From contig NZ_SNUY01000091.1 in the NCBI RefSeq assembly GCF_004376175.1, positions 1-11,586 of the forward strand: 11,586 nt of DNA. Reading direction: 5' to 3'. Of the stretch, positions 1 through 10,079 are shown in pieces (position 1 is the first letter of the stretch; each line of letters opens with the position of its first letter). The stretch comes from Halalkalibacterium halodurans (GTDB taxonomy: Bacteria > Bacillota > Bacilli > Bacillales > Bacillaceae_D). The position numbers were made by a program, and so were the translations under genes. The notes under the pieces were generated by a model that was not told the origin of the DNA, made no database searches, and saw only the letters and a program-made list of their open reading frames with translations.

Positions 1-13
1 CACTAGCGTTGCA
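1..13. repeat. Left terminal inverted repeat (IRL) of the IS4-family element
   Basis: CACTAGCGTTGCA is the exact reverse complement of 1560-1572. Confidence 0.85.
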
Positions 14-100
14 TTAAATAAAAAAAGATTTGTCAAGGTGTAATTAAATTCAATTTTATTGAATTTATGGTAAATACTAGTCTTCAACTTCATAAAAAAA

Positions 101-157
101 TCCTTATAATTAGATGACAGAAGGTACGAAGTCCTGTCCATATCCTAATTATAAGGA
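101..157 (+). promoter_or_regulatory. Leader stem-loop that pairs with the transposase Shine-Dalgarno sequence. A consensus -10 hexamer lies in the left arm.
   Basis: TCCTTATAATTAG (101-113) is the perfect reverse complement of CTAATTATAAGGA (145-157). The right arm covers most of the AAGGAG RBS (153-158) that sits 7 nt before ATG 166. TATAAT at 105-110 lies inside the left arm. Any -35 is weak (TCTTCA/CTTCAA around 81-87). Confidence 0.5.
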
Positions 158-165
158 GTAAACCT

Positions 166-1395
166 ATGGACAAGAATAACACAAAAACGGTTTTTAAGGA
201 ATACATTCAACCGACAGACATGAAAGTCATTTCTAAAATCATTGATCAAATGCAAGTGGATAAATATGTTAAAAAACTAGATAGCCTCACCTTTATCAAA
301 CTCTTTATTTATGCTCAATTGAAACAGTTATCAAGTCTAAAGGAAATTAGTTTTAAAGTGCGGCATAAGAAAAAATTACAAAAAGAACTTGGATTAAAAA
401 GCATCAGTAAATCCCAATTATCCCGTAAACTTTCTGATTTGCCACCAGAGATTTTTGAATCCATCCTTCATCATTTAGTCCAACAGATCCACCGGGAATT
501 CGGGAAGGAAAAGGGAAATGCTTTATTAGGCAAAATCCATCTCATTGATTCTACTACCATCTCTTTTTGTCTTAGCCAGTATCGATGGGCTCATTTCCGA
601 AATACAAAAGCGGGAGTGAAAATACATACCCGTGTCGTTATTCATGAAGGGGAGATTTCCCCGGATAAGATCATCATCACCCCTGCCAGGCGGGCAGATT
701 CCACACAACTGGATGCCTTGATGGTCATCGAAAAGGATGCCCTTCACGTATTTGATCGGGGATATTTCGATTTCGATAAGTTTGACGATTACTGTAAAAA
801 TAACGTTCGGTTTTGTACTCGAATAAAAGATAACACGGTCATCAAGGTTATTGAAGAACTGCCTGTGGACCCATCTTCCGATATTCTTCGTGAGGCGGTG
901 GTCAAGCTAGGAAAAATGAAATACCCTCTACGATTGATTGAAACGCTGGACAGTCAAGGAAACAAGATCTCGATTATCATAAATGATGCAAAGATGAGCG
1001 CAGAGGAAATCAGTGATCTTTATCGAAGCCGCTGGCAAATCGAGTTGTTCTTCAAATGGATGAAGCAGCATATGGTTCTGAAAAAATGTTATGGAAAGAG
1101 CGCCAATGCCGTTTACAACCAAGTCTATATCGCCATGATTACTTTCTGTTTAACTTTATTAATGAAGAAGAAAGTGCGTTATCAAGGAACTCTCCTTGAG
1201 ATGCTTGAGTTTATAAAAGAATATTGGTGGAGAAGCTTCTCTGTTTTTCTAAAGGAGCTATTTAAAAAGCCCAAGCGATCATCAAAGGGTCGAAGGCGAC
1301 TTGATCATGACCGGATTTTCAACGAAACCTTAGCACAATTTGAAGATGGTGATACCCAACATTTAAACGACCTAAGTTATGACCCTATCTACTAA
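166..1395 (+). CDS. IS4-family DDE transposase (409 aa)
   Basis: Full ORF with the RBS AAGGAG upstream. Catalytic-type motifs are IHLIDSTT (D1), HVFDRGYFDF (D2) and YRSRWQIELFFKWMK. The last fits the IS4-family Y-(2)-R-(3)-E-(6)-K signature exactly. Confidence 0.93.
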   Translation: MDKNNTKTVFKEYIQPTDMKVISKIIDQMQVDKYVKKLDSLTFIKLFIYAQLKQLSSLKEISFKVRHKKKLQKELGLKSISKSQLSRKLSDLPPEIFESILHHLVQQIHREFGKEKGNALLGKIHLIDSTTISFCLSQYRWAHFRNTKAGVKIHTRVVIHEGEISPDKIIITPARRADSTQLDALMVIEKDALHVFDRGYFDFDKFDDYCKNNVRFCTRIKDNTVIKVIEELPVDPSSDILREAVVKLGKMKYPLRLIETLDSQGNKISIIINDAKMSAEEISDLYRSRWQIELFFKWMKQHMVLKKCYGKSANAVYNQVYIAMITFCLTLLMKKKVRYQGTLLEMLEFIKEYWWRSFSVFLKELFKKPKRSSKGRRRLDHDRIFNETLAQFEDGDTQHLNDLSYDPIY

Positions 1396-1408
1396 TTTGT
1401 AAAAAATT

Positions 1409-1448
1409 GGATAAGGACTACCTTCAAACAGACCCCCCTTATCCTTTT
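1409..1448 (+). terminator. Possible weak terminator or structured 3' region of the transposase transcript
   Basis: GGATAAGG (1409-1416) pairs with CCTTATCC (1437-1444), followed by TTTT. The 20-nt loop makes it weak. Confidence 0.25.
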
Positions 1449-1559
1449 GACTTGATTACCAAGAAAAAAATAAAACTGAATATTTCGTAAAGTTATAAAA
1501 TGGAATAATTATCAATAATATTCCATTTCTGTACCCTTGACTTTGTCTTCACTTTTTTG

Positions 1560-1572
1560 TGCAACGCTAGTG
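1560..1572. repeat. Right terminal inverted repeat (IRR) of the IS4-family element
   Basis: TGCAACGCTAGTG is the exact reverse complement of 1-13. Confidence 0.85.
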
Positions 1573-1585
1573 ATGATAAAAAGAT

Positions 1586-1611
1586 GTTTGAAAATCAGTG
1601 AAAAAGTGAAT
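1586..1611 (+). promoter_or_regulatory. Candidate sigma-B-like promoter for the ohr gene
   Basis: GTTTGA (1586-1591), a 14-nt spacer, then GTGAAT (1606-1611). This partly resembles the Bacillus sigma-B consensus GTTTAA-N12-15-GGGTAT. It lies 14 nt outside the IS right end and about 50 nt upstream of the ohr start. No good sigma-A alternative was seen. Confidence 0.25.
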
Positions 1612-1659
1612 AGTCATAGAGTAAATCTAATCTTGAGAATAAAAAGGAGTGTTCTGAAC

Positions 1660-2082
1660 ATGGCAGACGTTAAATTTACCGCACAAGCAAAAGCAAAAGG
1701 TGGAAGAAATGGTCATGTGACATCTGATAACGGAGTGCTTGATCATAAGCTCGTAATGCCAACAGGGAAAGAGTCTTCCACAGAAGGAACGAACCCAGAG
1801 CAACTCTTTGCAGCAGGCTATGCAGCTTGCTTTGACGGAGCATTAAACTTAGTCGCATCAAAGGAAAAGAAGGATATTGATTCAGAAATCAATGCCGAAG
1901 TAAGCTTAATGACGGACCCAGAGGATAATGGTTATAAAATTGGCGTAGTCCTTAACATTTCTGTAAAGGGTGTTTCTCAAGCTGAAGCCGAAGAACTTGT
2001 CCAAAAAGCGCATCAAGTATGTCCGTATTCAAAAGCAACTCGTGGCAATATTGATGTTGATTTGAATGTGAAAGCACATTAA
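1660..2082 (+). CDS. ohr: Organic hydroperoxide resistance protein, Ohr/OsmC family (140 aa)
   Basis: The start is reassigned to ATG 1660, with RBS AAAGGAG at 1643-1649. The sequence MADVKFTAQAKAKGGRNGHVTSDNGVLDHKLVMP...GTNPEQLFAAGYAACF...VCPYSKATRGNIDV closely resembles B. subtilis OhrA/OhrB as I recall them. Both conserved peroxidatic/resolving Cys contexts are present (AACF, VCPYS). Confidence 0.9.
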   Translation: MADVKFTAQAKAKGGRNGHVTSDNGVLDHKLVMPTGKESSTEGTNPEQLFAAGYAACFDGALNLVASKEKKDIDSEINAEVSLMTDPEDNGYKIGVVLNISVKGVSQAEAEELVQKAHQVCPYSKATRGNIDVDLNVKAH

Positions 2083-2112
2083 GAAATGAAGATAGCTGAA
2101 AACTAAAAAACA

Positions 2113-2152
2113 AAAAAGCATCAAAGCGGGTTTGTCTGCTTTGATGCTTTTT
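2113..2152. terminator. Bidirectional rho-independent terminator between the convergent ohr and hydrolase genes
   Basis: GCATCAAAGC (2118-2127) pairs with GCTTTGATGC (2138-2147). The stem is extendable by G-C/G-U pairs. It is flanked by an A-run (2112-2117) and a T-run (2148-2152). Confidence 0.75.
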
Positions 2153-2160
2153 AGGTGTCA

Positions 2161-2967
2161 TTAGCTCACTTTTTCAGGTATGTGAGCCAAGGCGCGTTTT
2201 AACCATTCACTTGTAGATGCAAATAGCTCTTGCTCCCAATGCGTAGCTGAAAATGTATGATCTGCTCCGTTCACATAGGCGACATCAACTAGCTGGTCTT
2301 TGTGCGATGCAGTAATGGCATTCTTATAGGTAGCAGCATTTTCTTTTGGAACGGCCTCATCTTTTTCTGCATGGATGATCAAGGCTGTACCAGAATAAGA
2401 TGAAATGGCTTCAAGAGGTTGATGAGCTTTTAAATCAGTGAAAAATGTATGGCTAAGTAAGAAACCCTTATGATCATATACACCTTCTTGTTTAGCCGTT
2501 TCGACAGCTTTCGCTCCTGTTATGGCTGAGATTTCTTGATACGGTCTAGCAACTGGCGACCAAAGCACAATATGTTTAATCTGCTTTTCAAGACTTGATG
2601 TAAGTGCTGTGACAGCACCGCCAAGGCTATGACCAATAAGGATGATTTGCTCAGGGTCGACCTCGTCCAATTGTGATACATATTCGATGGCAGCTTTGAG
2701 CTCTTTGATTTGTTCTGTTAATGTGACGTCTTGATAGTCTCCATCACTTTCGCCGCAACCTTTAAAATCAAAGCGAAAACTAACGTAATTTAGTTTTGTA
2801 AAATAATTCGCTGCTTTGACAAACAAACGATGATCCCCGACTTTACTGCCAACAAAGCCATGAACAAATATGATAGCAGGATGCTTTTGATCATGATTTT
2901 CAGGGTAATGCACGGCACCAGATAAACGATCTGTGTAAAAACGAACGGCACTAGGAGTTGTATTCAT
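2161..2967 (-). CDS. Alpha/beta-fold hydrolase (serine hydrolase, 268 aa), substrate unknown
   Basis: Nucleophile elbow GHSLGG. Later acidic (HAEKDEAVP) and histidine (GADHTF) motifs appear in the order expected for a Ser-Asp-His triad. An HGF(V)G oxyanion-type motif is present (IFVHGFVGS). RBS AAGGAGA lies upstream on the minus strand. Confidence 0.85.
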   Translation of the reverse strand: MNTTPSAVRFYTDRLSGAVHYPENHDQKHPAIIFVHGFVGSKVGDHRLFVKAANYFTKLNYVSFRFDFKGCGESDGDYQDVTLTEQIKELKAAIEYVSQLDEVDPEQIILIGHSLGGAVTALTSSLEKQIKHIVLWSPVARPYQEISAITGAKAVETAKQEGVYDHKGFLLSHTFFTDLKAHQPLEAISSYSGTALIIHAEKDEAVPKENAATYKNAITASHKDQLVDVAYVNGADHTFSATHWEQELFASTSEWLKRALAHIPEKVS

Positions 2968-3004
2968 AGTCTGATCTCCTTACGAAATTTTATTGTTATA
3001 TAAG

Positions 3005-3033
3005 AGTATAAAGGATCGATGCACAGAAAACAA
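3005..3033 (-). promoter_or_regulatory. Candidate sigma-A promoter for the hydrolase gene
   Basis: On the minus strand: TTGTTT (3033-3028), a 17-nt spacer, then TATACT (3010-3005). This is about 35 nt upstream of the start codon. Confidence 0.35.
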
Positions 3034-3084
3034 TCATAAATTTGAGTAAACAGGTAGGAATTATAAGTATTTTTTCTGTTCAGT

Positions 3085-3138
3085 AAAAAAGTGATTCCTT
3101 GATCTAATGTCGTGCGGATCTTTTGAATCACTTTTTTT
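3085..3138. other. Inverted repeat / terminator-like hairpin between the divergent hydrolase and bio promoters
   Basis: AAAAAAGTGATTC (3085-3097) pairs with GAATCACTTTTTT (3125-3137), with a 27-nt loop. A- and T-runs lie on either side, so it looks terminator-like in both directions. The large loop and AT-rich stem make it weak. Confidence 0.35.
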
Positions 3139-3189
3139 GTACGTTAGATCACAAGAATGATAGGGGTGCTTGTTTTTTTGATAAATTAT

Positions 3190-3219
3190 TGTTAACTATA
3201 TTGACAATTATAGTTAACG
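3190..3219. promoter_or_regulatory. BirA-type operator 1 (bioO), overlapping the -35 box
   Basis: TGTTAAC-N16-GTTAACG. It sits within a perfect 10-bp palindrome, GTTAACTATA (3191-3200) and TATAGTTAAC (3209-3218). The half-sites match the Firmicute BirA operator form TGTTAAC...GTTAACA as I recall it from B. subtilis bioO. Confidence 0.7.
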
Positions 3220-3229
3220 ATTTTACTAT
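3201..3229 (+). promoter_or_regulatory. Sigma-A promoter of the biotin operon
   Basis: Consensus -35 TTGACA (3201-3206), an exactly 17-nt spacer, then -10 TACTAT (3224-3229). The -35 lies in the spacer of operator 1. The predicted start site (about 3236-3238) lies in operator 2. Confidence 0.65.
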
Positions 3230-3234
3230 TGAAT

Positions 3235-3264
3235 TGTTAACTAATATTCGTTTTATTGTTTACA
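3235..3264. promoter_or_regulatory. BirA-type operator 2, more degenerate, overlapping the predicted transcription start
   Basis: TGTTAAC-N16-GTTTACA. It has the same left half-site and the same 16-nt spacing as operator 1 and is centred 45 bp downstream of it. Confidence 0.5.
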
Positions 3265-3284
3265 TTAAAGAGGTGAACTTAATA

Positions 3285-3767
3285 TTGAACGTACATGAGA
3301 TGACGAAGATTTCGTTGTTAGCTAGTTTAATTGCGGTAACTGGCATGATGAAAATACCTTCATTCATTCCAGGTGCTGAGTTTCAGCTTTCTGCACCAAT
3401 TGCGATTGCGATCGTGGCTGTTTTTGGATTTTGGCGCTACATGCTAGCAGGAATGATTTCAAGTTCGATTTTATTTTTCATGGGATTACATACGATTTTA
3501 AATGTTGAAATATCAATGATTTACAGAATGGTTGCGGGTGGATTTGTTGCATTATTTGGACCCTCTGCACCTGTGTTGATTGCAGCAGGACCGCTTGGTA
3601 CAATGGCTGCTCGTTACGGTTTGGCGACAACTCTTCAAGTCGATGTGTGGCCCCTTCTTCTCGCGGCACTACCTGGCATGATTTTTACGATGATTGCGGT
3701 TATTCCGTTAACGAAGATGCTCAAGCAAGCTTCAAGGTTGGAGGGAAGACGCTATGCACGAGGATAA
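3285..3767 (+). CDS. Small polytopic membrane protein of unknown function (about 160 aa), first gene of the bio operon. Possible transporter component.
   Basis: RBS AAAGAGGTG (3267-3275) lies 9 nt before in-frame TTG 3285. The alternative ATG 3300 has no RBS. There are 5-6 hydrophobic segments (e.g. ISLLASLIAVTGMM, APIAIAIVAVFGF, MLAGMISSSILFFMGL, MVAGGFVALFG, VLIAAGPLGTMAA, WPLLLAALPGMIFTMIAVIPL) and a basic C-terminal tail. The stop overlaps the bioW start by 14 nt. I do not recognise it as BioY. Confidence 0.75.
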   Translation: MNVHEMTKISLLASLIAVTGMMKIPSFIPGAEFQLSAPIAIAIVAVFGFWRYMLAGMISSSILFFMGLHTILNVEISMIYRMVAGGFVALFGPSAPVLIAAGPLGTMAARYGLATTLQVDVWPLLLAALPGMIFTMIAVIPLTKMLKQASRLEGRRYARG

Positions 3768-4539
3768 GGTTTTCAGCGTGAGAATGCGTGCAGCCAAAAA
3801 CGGGGCGCATGAACAGGGGGGAAAACATATTTCAGGTGGAGAAATGCTCTCTACCTATCAAGATATGAAACATGCTGTTCATACGTTGTTAGAAAAAGCA
3901 CTTAATCATTCAAAAGGAAATCCAGACTTTATGCAAATTCAATTTGAAGCAATCGATGAGCCGATCGAGCAAATAGAGCCACTGCTTGTGCAAACGAATG
4001 AAGTAGGAAGCGTTGAAAGAGGGCAAATCGTTGCTAAGGGCTTATTAGAGCAAGCTGGTGTTCCAAGTTCAGTGATTGAAAAAGCATATGCTCAAATTCC
4101 TGAATATTCGGGTAATAGAGGGGCTGTTCTCTTTGATATTTGTACAGGGGAACGGATCGATAATAGAGGAGCGAAGGGCGTACGTGTTTCGAGAATGGAC
4201 TGGAAACAGGCAAACTTCGAGGCATGGGCCAAGAGTCAGCAAATGAACGCGAATCTTCGTGTAAAAGAGGCACTCGTTCTTGCAACAAAGGTGAGTCAAC
4301 ATCCAGCAACCGTTGCTGAATTATGTTGGTCAGATGACCCTGATTACATAACTGGCTATGTCGCAAGCAAGGAGCTTGGCTATCAACGGATTACAAAGTT
4401 AAAAGAATATGGCGATGAGAATGGCTGCAGGATTTTTTTTGTTGACGGCTTAACGGATGTATCTACATATATTCACTACTTAGAAAAACAACCAATATTT
4501 GTTCACTGGGGGGAAACGGATGACACACGAATTAATTGA
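3754..4539 (+). CDS. bioW: 6-carboxyhexanoate-CoA ligase (pimeloyl-CoA synthetase)
   Basis: 261 aa. The match to B. subtilis BioW is strong along the whole length ([58 protein letters not shown]). RBS GGAGGGAAG lies upstream. Confidence 0.95.
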   Translation: MHEDKVFSVRMRAAKNGAHEQGGKHISGGEMLSTYQDMKHAVHTLLEKALNHSKGNPDFMQIQFEAIDEPIEQIEPLLVQTNEVGSVERGQIVAKGLLEQAGVPSSVIEKAYAQIPEYSGNRGAVLFDICTGERIDNRGAKGVRVSRMDWKQANFEAWAKSQQMNANLRVKEALVLATKVSQHPATVAELCWSDDPDYITGYVASKELGYQRITKLKEYGDENGCRIFFVDGLTDVSTYIHYLEKQPIFVHWGETDDTRIN

Positions 4540-5870
4540 AAAAAGCAAAAAGCATCTTTGGCTACCGTTTACGCAAATGAAGGACTATGATGAAAATCCT
4601 TTAATCATTGAAAGTGGCGAAGGGATTAAAGTGAAGGATATTTGCGGCAAAGAATATTACGATGGCTTTTCTTCTGTATGGTTGAATGTTCATGGTCATC
4701 GTAAAAAGGAATTAGATGAAGCGATTAAAAAGCAGCTTGATAAAATTGCTCACTCAACCCTGCTTGGCATGACGAATGTTCCAGCGACAGAGCTCGCAGA
4801 GAAACTGGTTGAAATAAGCCCTGAGAAGCTAACGAGAGTGTTTTATTCGGATAGCGGAGCAGAGGCGATGGAGATTGCTTTGAAAATGGCGTTTCAATAT
4901 TGGAAGAATATCGGCAAACCAGAGAAACAAAAGTTTATTTCGATGAAAAATGGCTACCACGGGGACACGATTGGTGCTGTTAGTGTTGGCTCAATTGATC
5001 TTTTTCATCACGTATACGGGGCGTTGATGTTTGATAGCTTTAAGGCGCCGATTCCGTATGTTTATCGCTCTGAAAGTGAAGACCCAGCAAAGTGCCGCGA
5101 CGAATGTTTACATATTCTTGAACAGCTTTTAATGGAAAAGCATCATGAAATTGCTGCTCTATCGATTGAGTCCATGGTTCAAGGAGCGGCAGGAATGATT
5201 GTGATGCCTGAAGGATTCCTATCAGGCGTGAGAGAGCTTTGTACAAAGTACGATGTCTTAATGATAGTTGATGAAGTCGCAACTGGTTTTGGCCGTACGG
5301 GAAAAATGTTTGCCTGTGAGTATGAGAATGTACAACCAGATTTAATGGCTGCAGGTAAGGGAATTACAGGAGGTTATTTACCAATTGCTGTGACGTTTAC
5401 GACAGAGGAGATATACGAGGCGTTTTATGATGACTATCAAACGTTGAAAACATTTTTCCATGGGCATTCCTATACTGGAAATCAACTTGGCTGTGCAGTC
5501 GCGATTGAAAACTTGCGTCTATTTGAAGTAGAAAACATCGTCAAGGAAGTCGGCAAAAAAGCTAAAGAGCTACAATCATTGCTTGCTGAATTCAAACAGC
5601 TTCCACATGTAGGTGATATTCGTCAGCTTGGGTTTATGTGTGGGATAGAGCTTGTTTTGTCCAAGGAAACGAAAGAACCATTCCCATCAGAAAAAAGGGT
5701 AGGCTATCATGTTTCCTTAAAAATGAGAGAACTAGGAATGCTGACAAGACCAATGGGGGATGTCATCGTCTTTATGCCGCCACTCGTCAGTTCAAATGAA
5801 GAACTGAAAGAAATGGTTGCGATGATGAAAGAGGCGATTGAGATCATCACAAGCGAGGTGGCAACAGCGC

Positions 5871-5878
<8 letters not shown>
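4520..5878 (+). CDS. bioA: Adenosylmethionine (or lysine)-8-amino-7-oxononanoate aminotransferase
   Basis: Class-III PLP aminotransferase ([53 protein letters not shown]). The start is set at ATG 4520 after the GGGGGGAAA RBS, giving 452 aa against about 448 for B. subtilis BioA. It overlaps bioW by 20 nt. Confidence 0.93.
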
Positions 5879-8748
<2,870 letters not shown>

Positions 8749-8763
8749 TCATTGTAGCCTTAT

Positions 8764-8800
8764 TGAGCGTTTCTGCATTCATAGAAGCGCTTATTTTTTT
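8764..8800 (+). terminator. Rho-independent terminator of the bio operon
   Basis: AGCGTTTCT (8766-8774) pairs with AGAAGCGCT (8783-8791), with one G-U pair. The loop is 8 nt, followed by TATTTTTTT (8792-8800). Confidence 0.75.
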
Positions 8801-8838
8801 GATTTATTATCTGAATCATCACATTTATGGTCTATCTT

Positions 8839-8877
8839 AAAAAAGTCCAATTCGCAGTATAAGCACGAATTGGACTT
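8839..8877 (-). terminator. Rho-independent terminator of the flavin oxidoreductase gene
   Basis: AAGTCCAATTCG (8843-8854) pairs perfectly with CGAATTGGACTT (8866-8877), a 12-bp stem. A U-run follows on the minus-strand transcript (A-run 8839-8844). It starts 9 nt after the stop codon. Confidence 0.8.
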
Positions 8878-8885
8878 GAAAAAAA

Positions 8886-10010
8886 TTAATCTTTAACTGG
8901 GAACCAGCCTGGAGTGTTGATGATTGCTTGCCATAATGGTGTTGGGACAACAAGCTTTTCTTGATCTTGCTTAGAAAGCGTTGTAGCAATCGTATCTTCC
9001 TTGCCTTCTTGGACTTTTTCAACCCATTTTGGTTCGATAATTAGCTCACGGCCAAGTGCAATCAATGGTACACCAGTTTGCATTGCTTTTACCACATCAT
9101 CAGGTGTATGCAATGAACCGACACCAATCACAGGAATTTGATCGCCGATGTGTTCTTGGATGCGAACAACACGTGAAGTTGTATCGTCTTTATCGCGAAT
9201 CGAACCACCCCAGAAGTTTTGAACAGACACATGAAGATAATCTAATGGATAAGTCGCAAGCTTGTCGACAAGAGCAAGTGTATCTTCAAATGTAATACCA
9301 GGATTTTCACCTTCTTCTGGAGAAAAGCGATAGCCAACGATAAATGGCTCAGTTGTATGAGCTTTTACGTTTTTGAATACTTCTTCAACGACAGCAGTAG
9401 GGAAGTTTAAACGTTTTTCAAGCGTTCCGCCCCATTTATCTGTTCTGCGGTTTGAATGTGGAGAGAAGAATTGCTGAATGAGATATGTGTTTGCACCGTG
9501 AATTTCGACGCCATCAAAACCAGCTTCAATCGCACGCCTTGTCGCATCACCAAATGCAGTGATCACACGTGTAATATCATCTTCAGTCATTTCTCTTGGC
9601 ACTTGTGCATCTGGGCGCTCAGCCGCAACAGCACTCGCACTGATTGTTTGACCATCTGGTAATTGATCTGGAGGAGACATACGTCCACCATGGAAAATTT
9701 GCAAAATGGCTTTAGCACCTTTTTCTTTAATGGCGCTAGCTAGACGAGTTAAACTTGGAATAAGAGAATCGTCATCAGCGCCAAATTCACCTGGGAATCC
9801 TTTTCCATCTTTTGTCACATAGACACAAGCTGTTACAACAGCACTAACACCGCCAGCGCGTTCTTGGTAATAAGCTAATTCAGCGTCTGAGACAGAGCCA
9901 TCTTCATTTGATGAAAAATTCGTCATTGGGGCCATTAGCACACGGTTTTTTAATGTAACACCAGAACGGAATGTAAATGGTTCAAATAGTTTTTTATAAT
10001 TTGGATTCAT
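8886..10010 (-). CDS. NADH:flavin oxidoreductase, Old Yellow Enzyme family (374 aa)
   Basis: OYE-type TIM-barrel motifs: NRVLMAPMT, ILQIFHGGRM, DGVEIHGANTYLIQQFFSPHSNRRTDKWGG, IGVGSL. The length and layout resemble B. subtilis YqiG-type enzymes. RBS AAAGGAG lies upstream on the minus strand. Confidence 0.9.
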   Translation of the reverse strand: MNPNYKKLFEPFTFRSGVTLKNRVLMAPMTNFSSNEDGSVSDAELAYYQERAGGVSAVVTACVYVTKDGKGFPGEFGADDDSLIPSLTRLASAIKEKGAKAILQIFHGGRMSPPDQLPDGQTISASAVAAERPDAQVPREMTEDDITRVITAFGDATRRAIEAGFDGVEIHGANTYLIQQFFSPHSNRRTDKWGGTLEKRLNFPTAVVEEVFKNVKAHTTEPFIVGYRFSPEEGENPGITFEDTLALVDKLATYPLDYLHVSVQNFWGGSIRDKDDTTSRVVRIQEHIGDQIPVIGVGSLHTPDDVVKAMQTGVPLIALGRELIIEPKWVEKVQEGKEDTIATTLSKQDQEKLVVPTPLWQAIINTPGWFPVKD

Positions 10011-10050
10011 GTATATGAACTCCTTTCAAGTGTATAATCGTACAAAGATC

Positions 10051-10079
10051 ATATTAGAGATAATATTTAATAAAGTCAA
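10051..10079 (-). promoter_or_regulatory. Candidate sigma-A promoter of the flavin oxidoreductase gene
   Basis: On the minus strand: TTGACT (10079-10074), a 17-nt spacer, then TAATAT (10056-10051). This is about 40 nt upstream of the start codon. Confidence 0.45.

Larger units (their letters stand above)
1..1572 (+). mobile_element. IS4-family insertion sequence, apparently full length. The left terminus coincides with window position 1, so the true end and the target-site duplication cannot be confirmed.
   Basis: Perfect 13-bp terminal inverted repeat: CACTAGCGTTGCA (1-13) and its reverse complement TGCAACGCTAGTG (1560-1572). A further 7-bp block lies at the same 31-nt offset from each tip (GTCAAGG 32-38, CCTTGAC 1535-1541). 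A single transposase ORF fills the interior. The size (about 1.6 kb) and the 5'-CA terminus are typical of IS4-family elements. Confidence 0.85.

Noticed and set aside
1537-1659. N-terminal extension of the listed 181-aa ORF upstream of the Ohr domain
   Set aside because: It starts inside the IS and crosses the right inverted repeat. Ohr homology begins at MADVKF (ATG 1660), which has a canonical AAAGGAG RBS.
2161-2967. The alpha/beta hydrolase as a BioH-like pimeloyl-ACP methyl ester esterase, because it sits next to the bio operon
   Set aside because: It is divergently transcribed from its own promoter, outside the BirA operators. A BioW-based pathway does not need a methyl-ester esterase, and no bioC is present. 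Adjacency alone is not evidence.
3123-3284. N-terminal extension of the listed 214-aa ORF (TTG 3123) across the bio promoter and operators
   Set aside because: The extension runs through the -35/-10 boxes and both BirA operators and has no RBS. The translated segment is low-complexity AT-rich read-through. A strong RBS at 3267-3275 serves TTG 3285 instead.
4499-5870. Upstream alternative TTG starts in the ORF track for bioA (4499) and bioF (5838)
   Set aside because: Both lack properly spaced RBSs and add residues not found in B. subtilis BioA/BioF N-termini. ATG 4520 and TTG 5871 have good RBSs and give the expected lengths.
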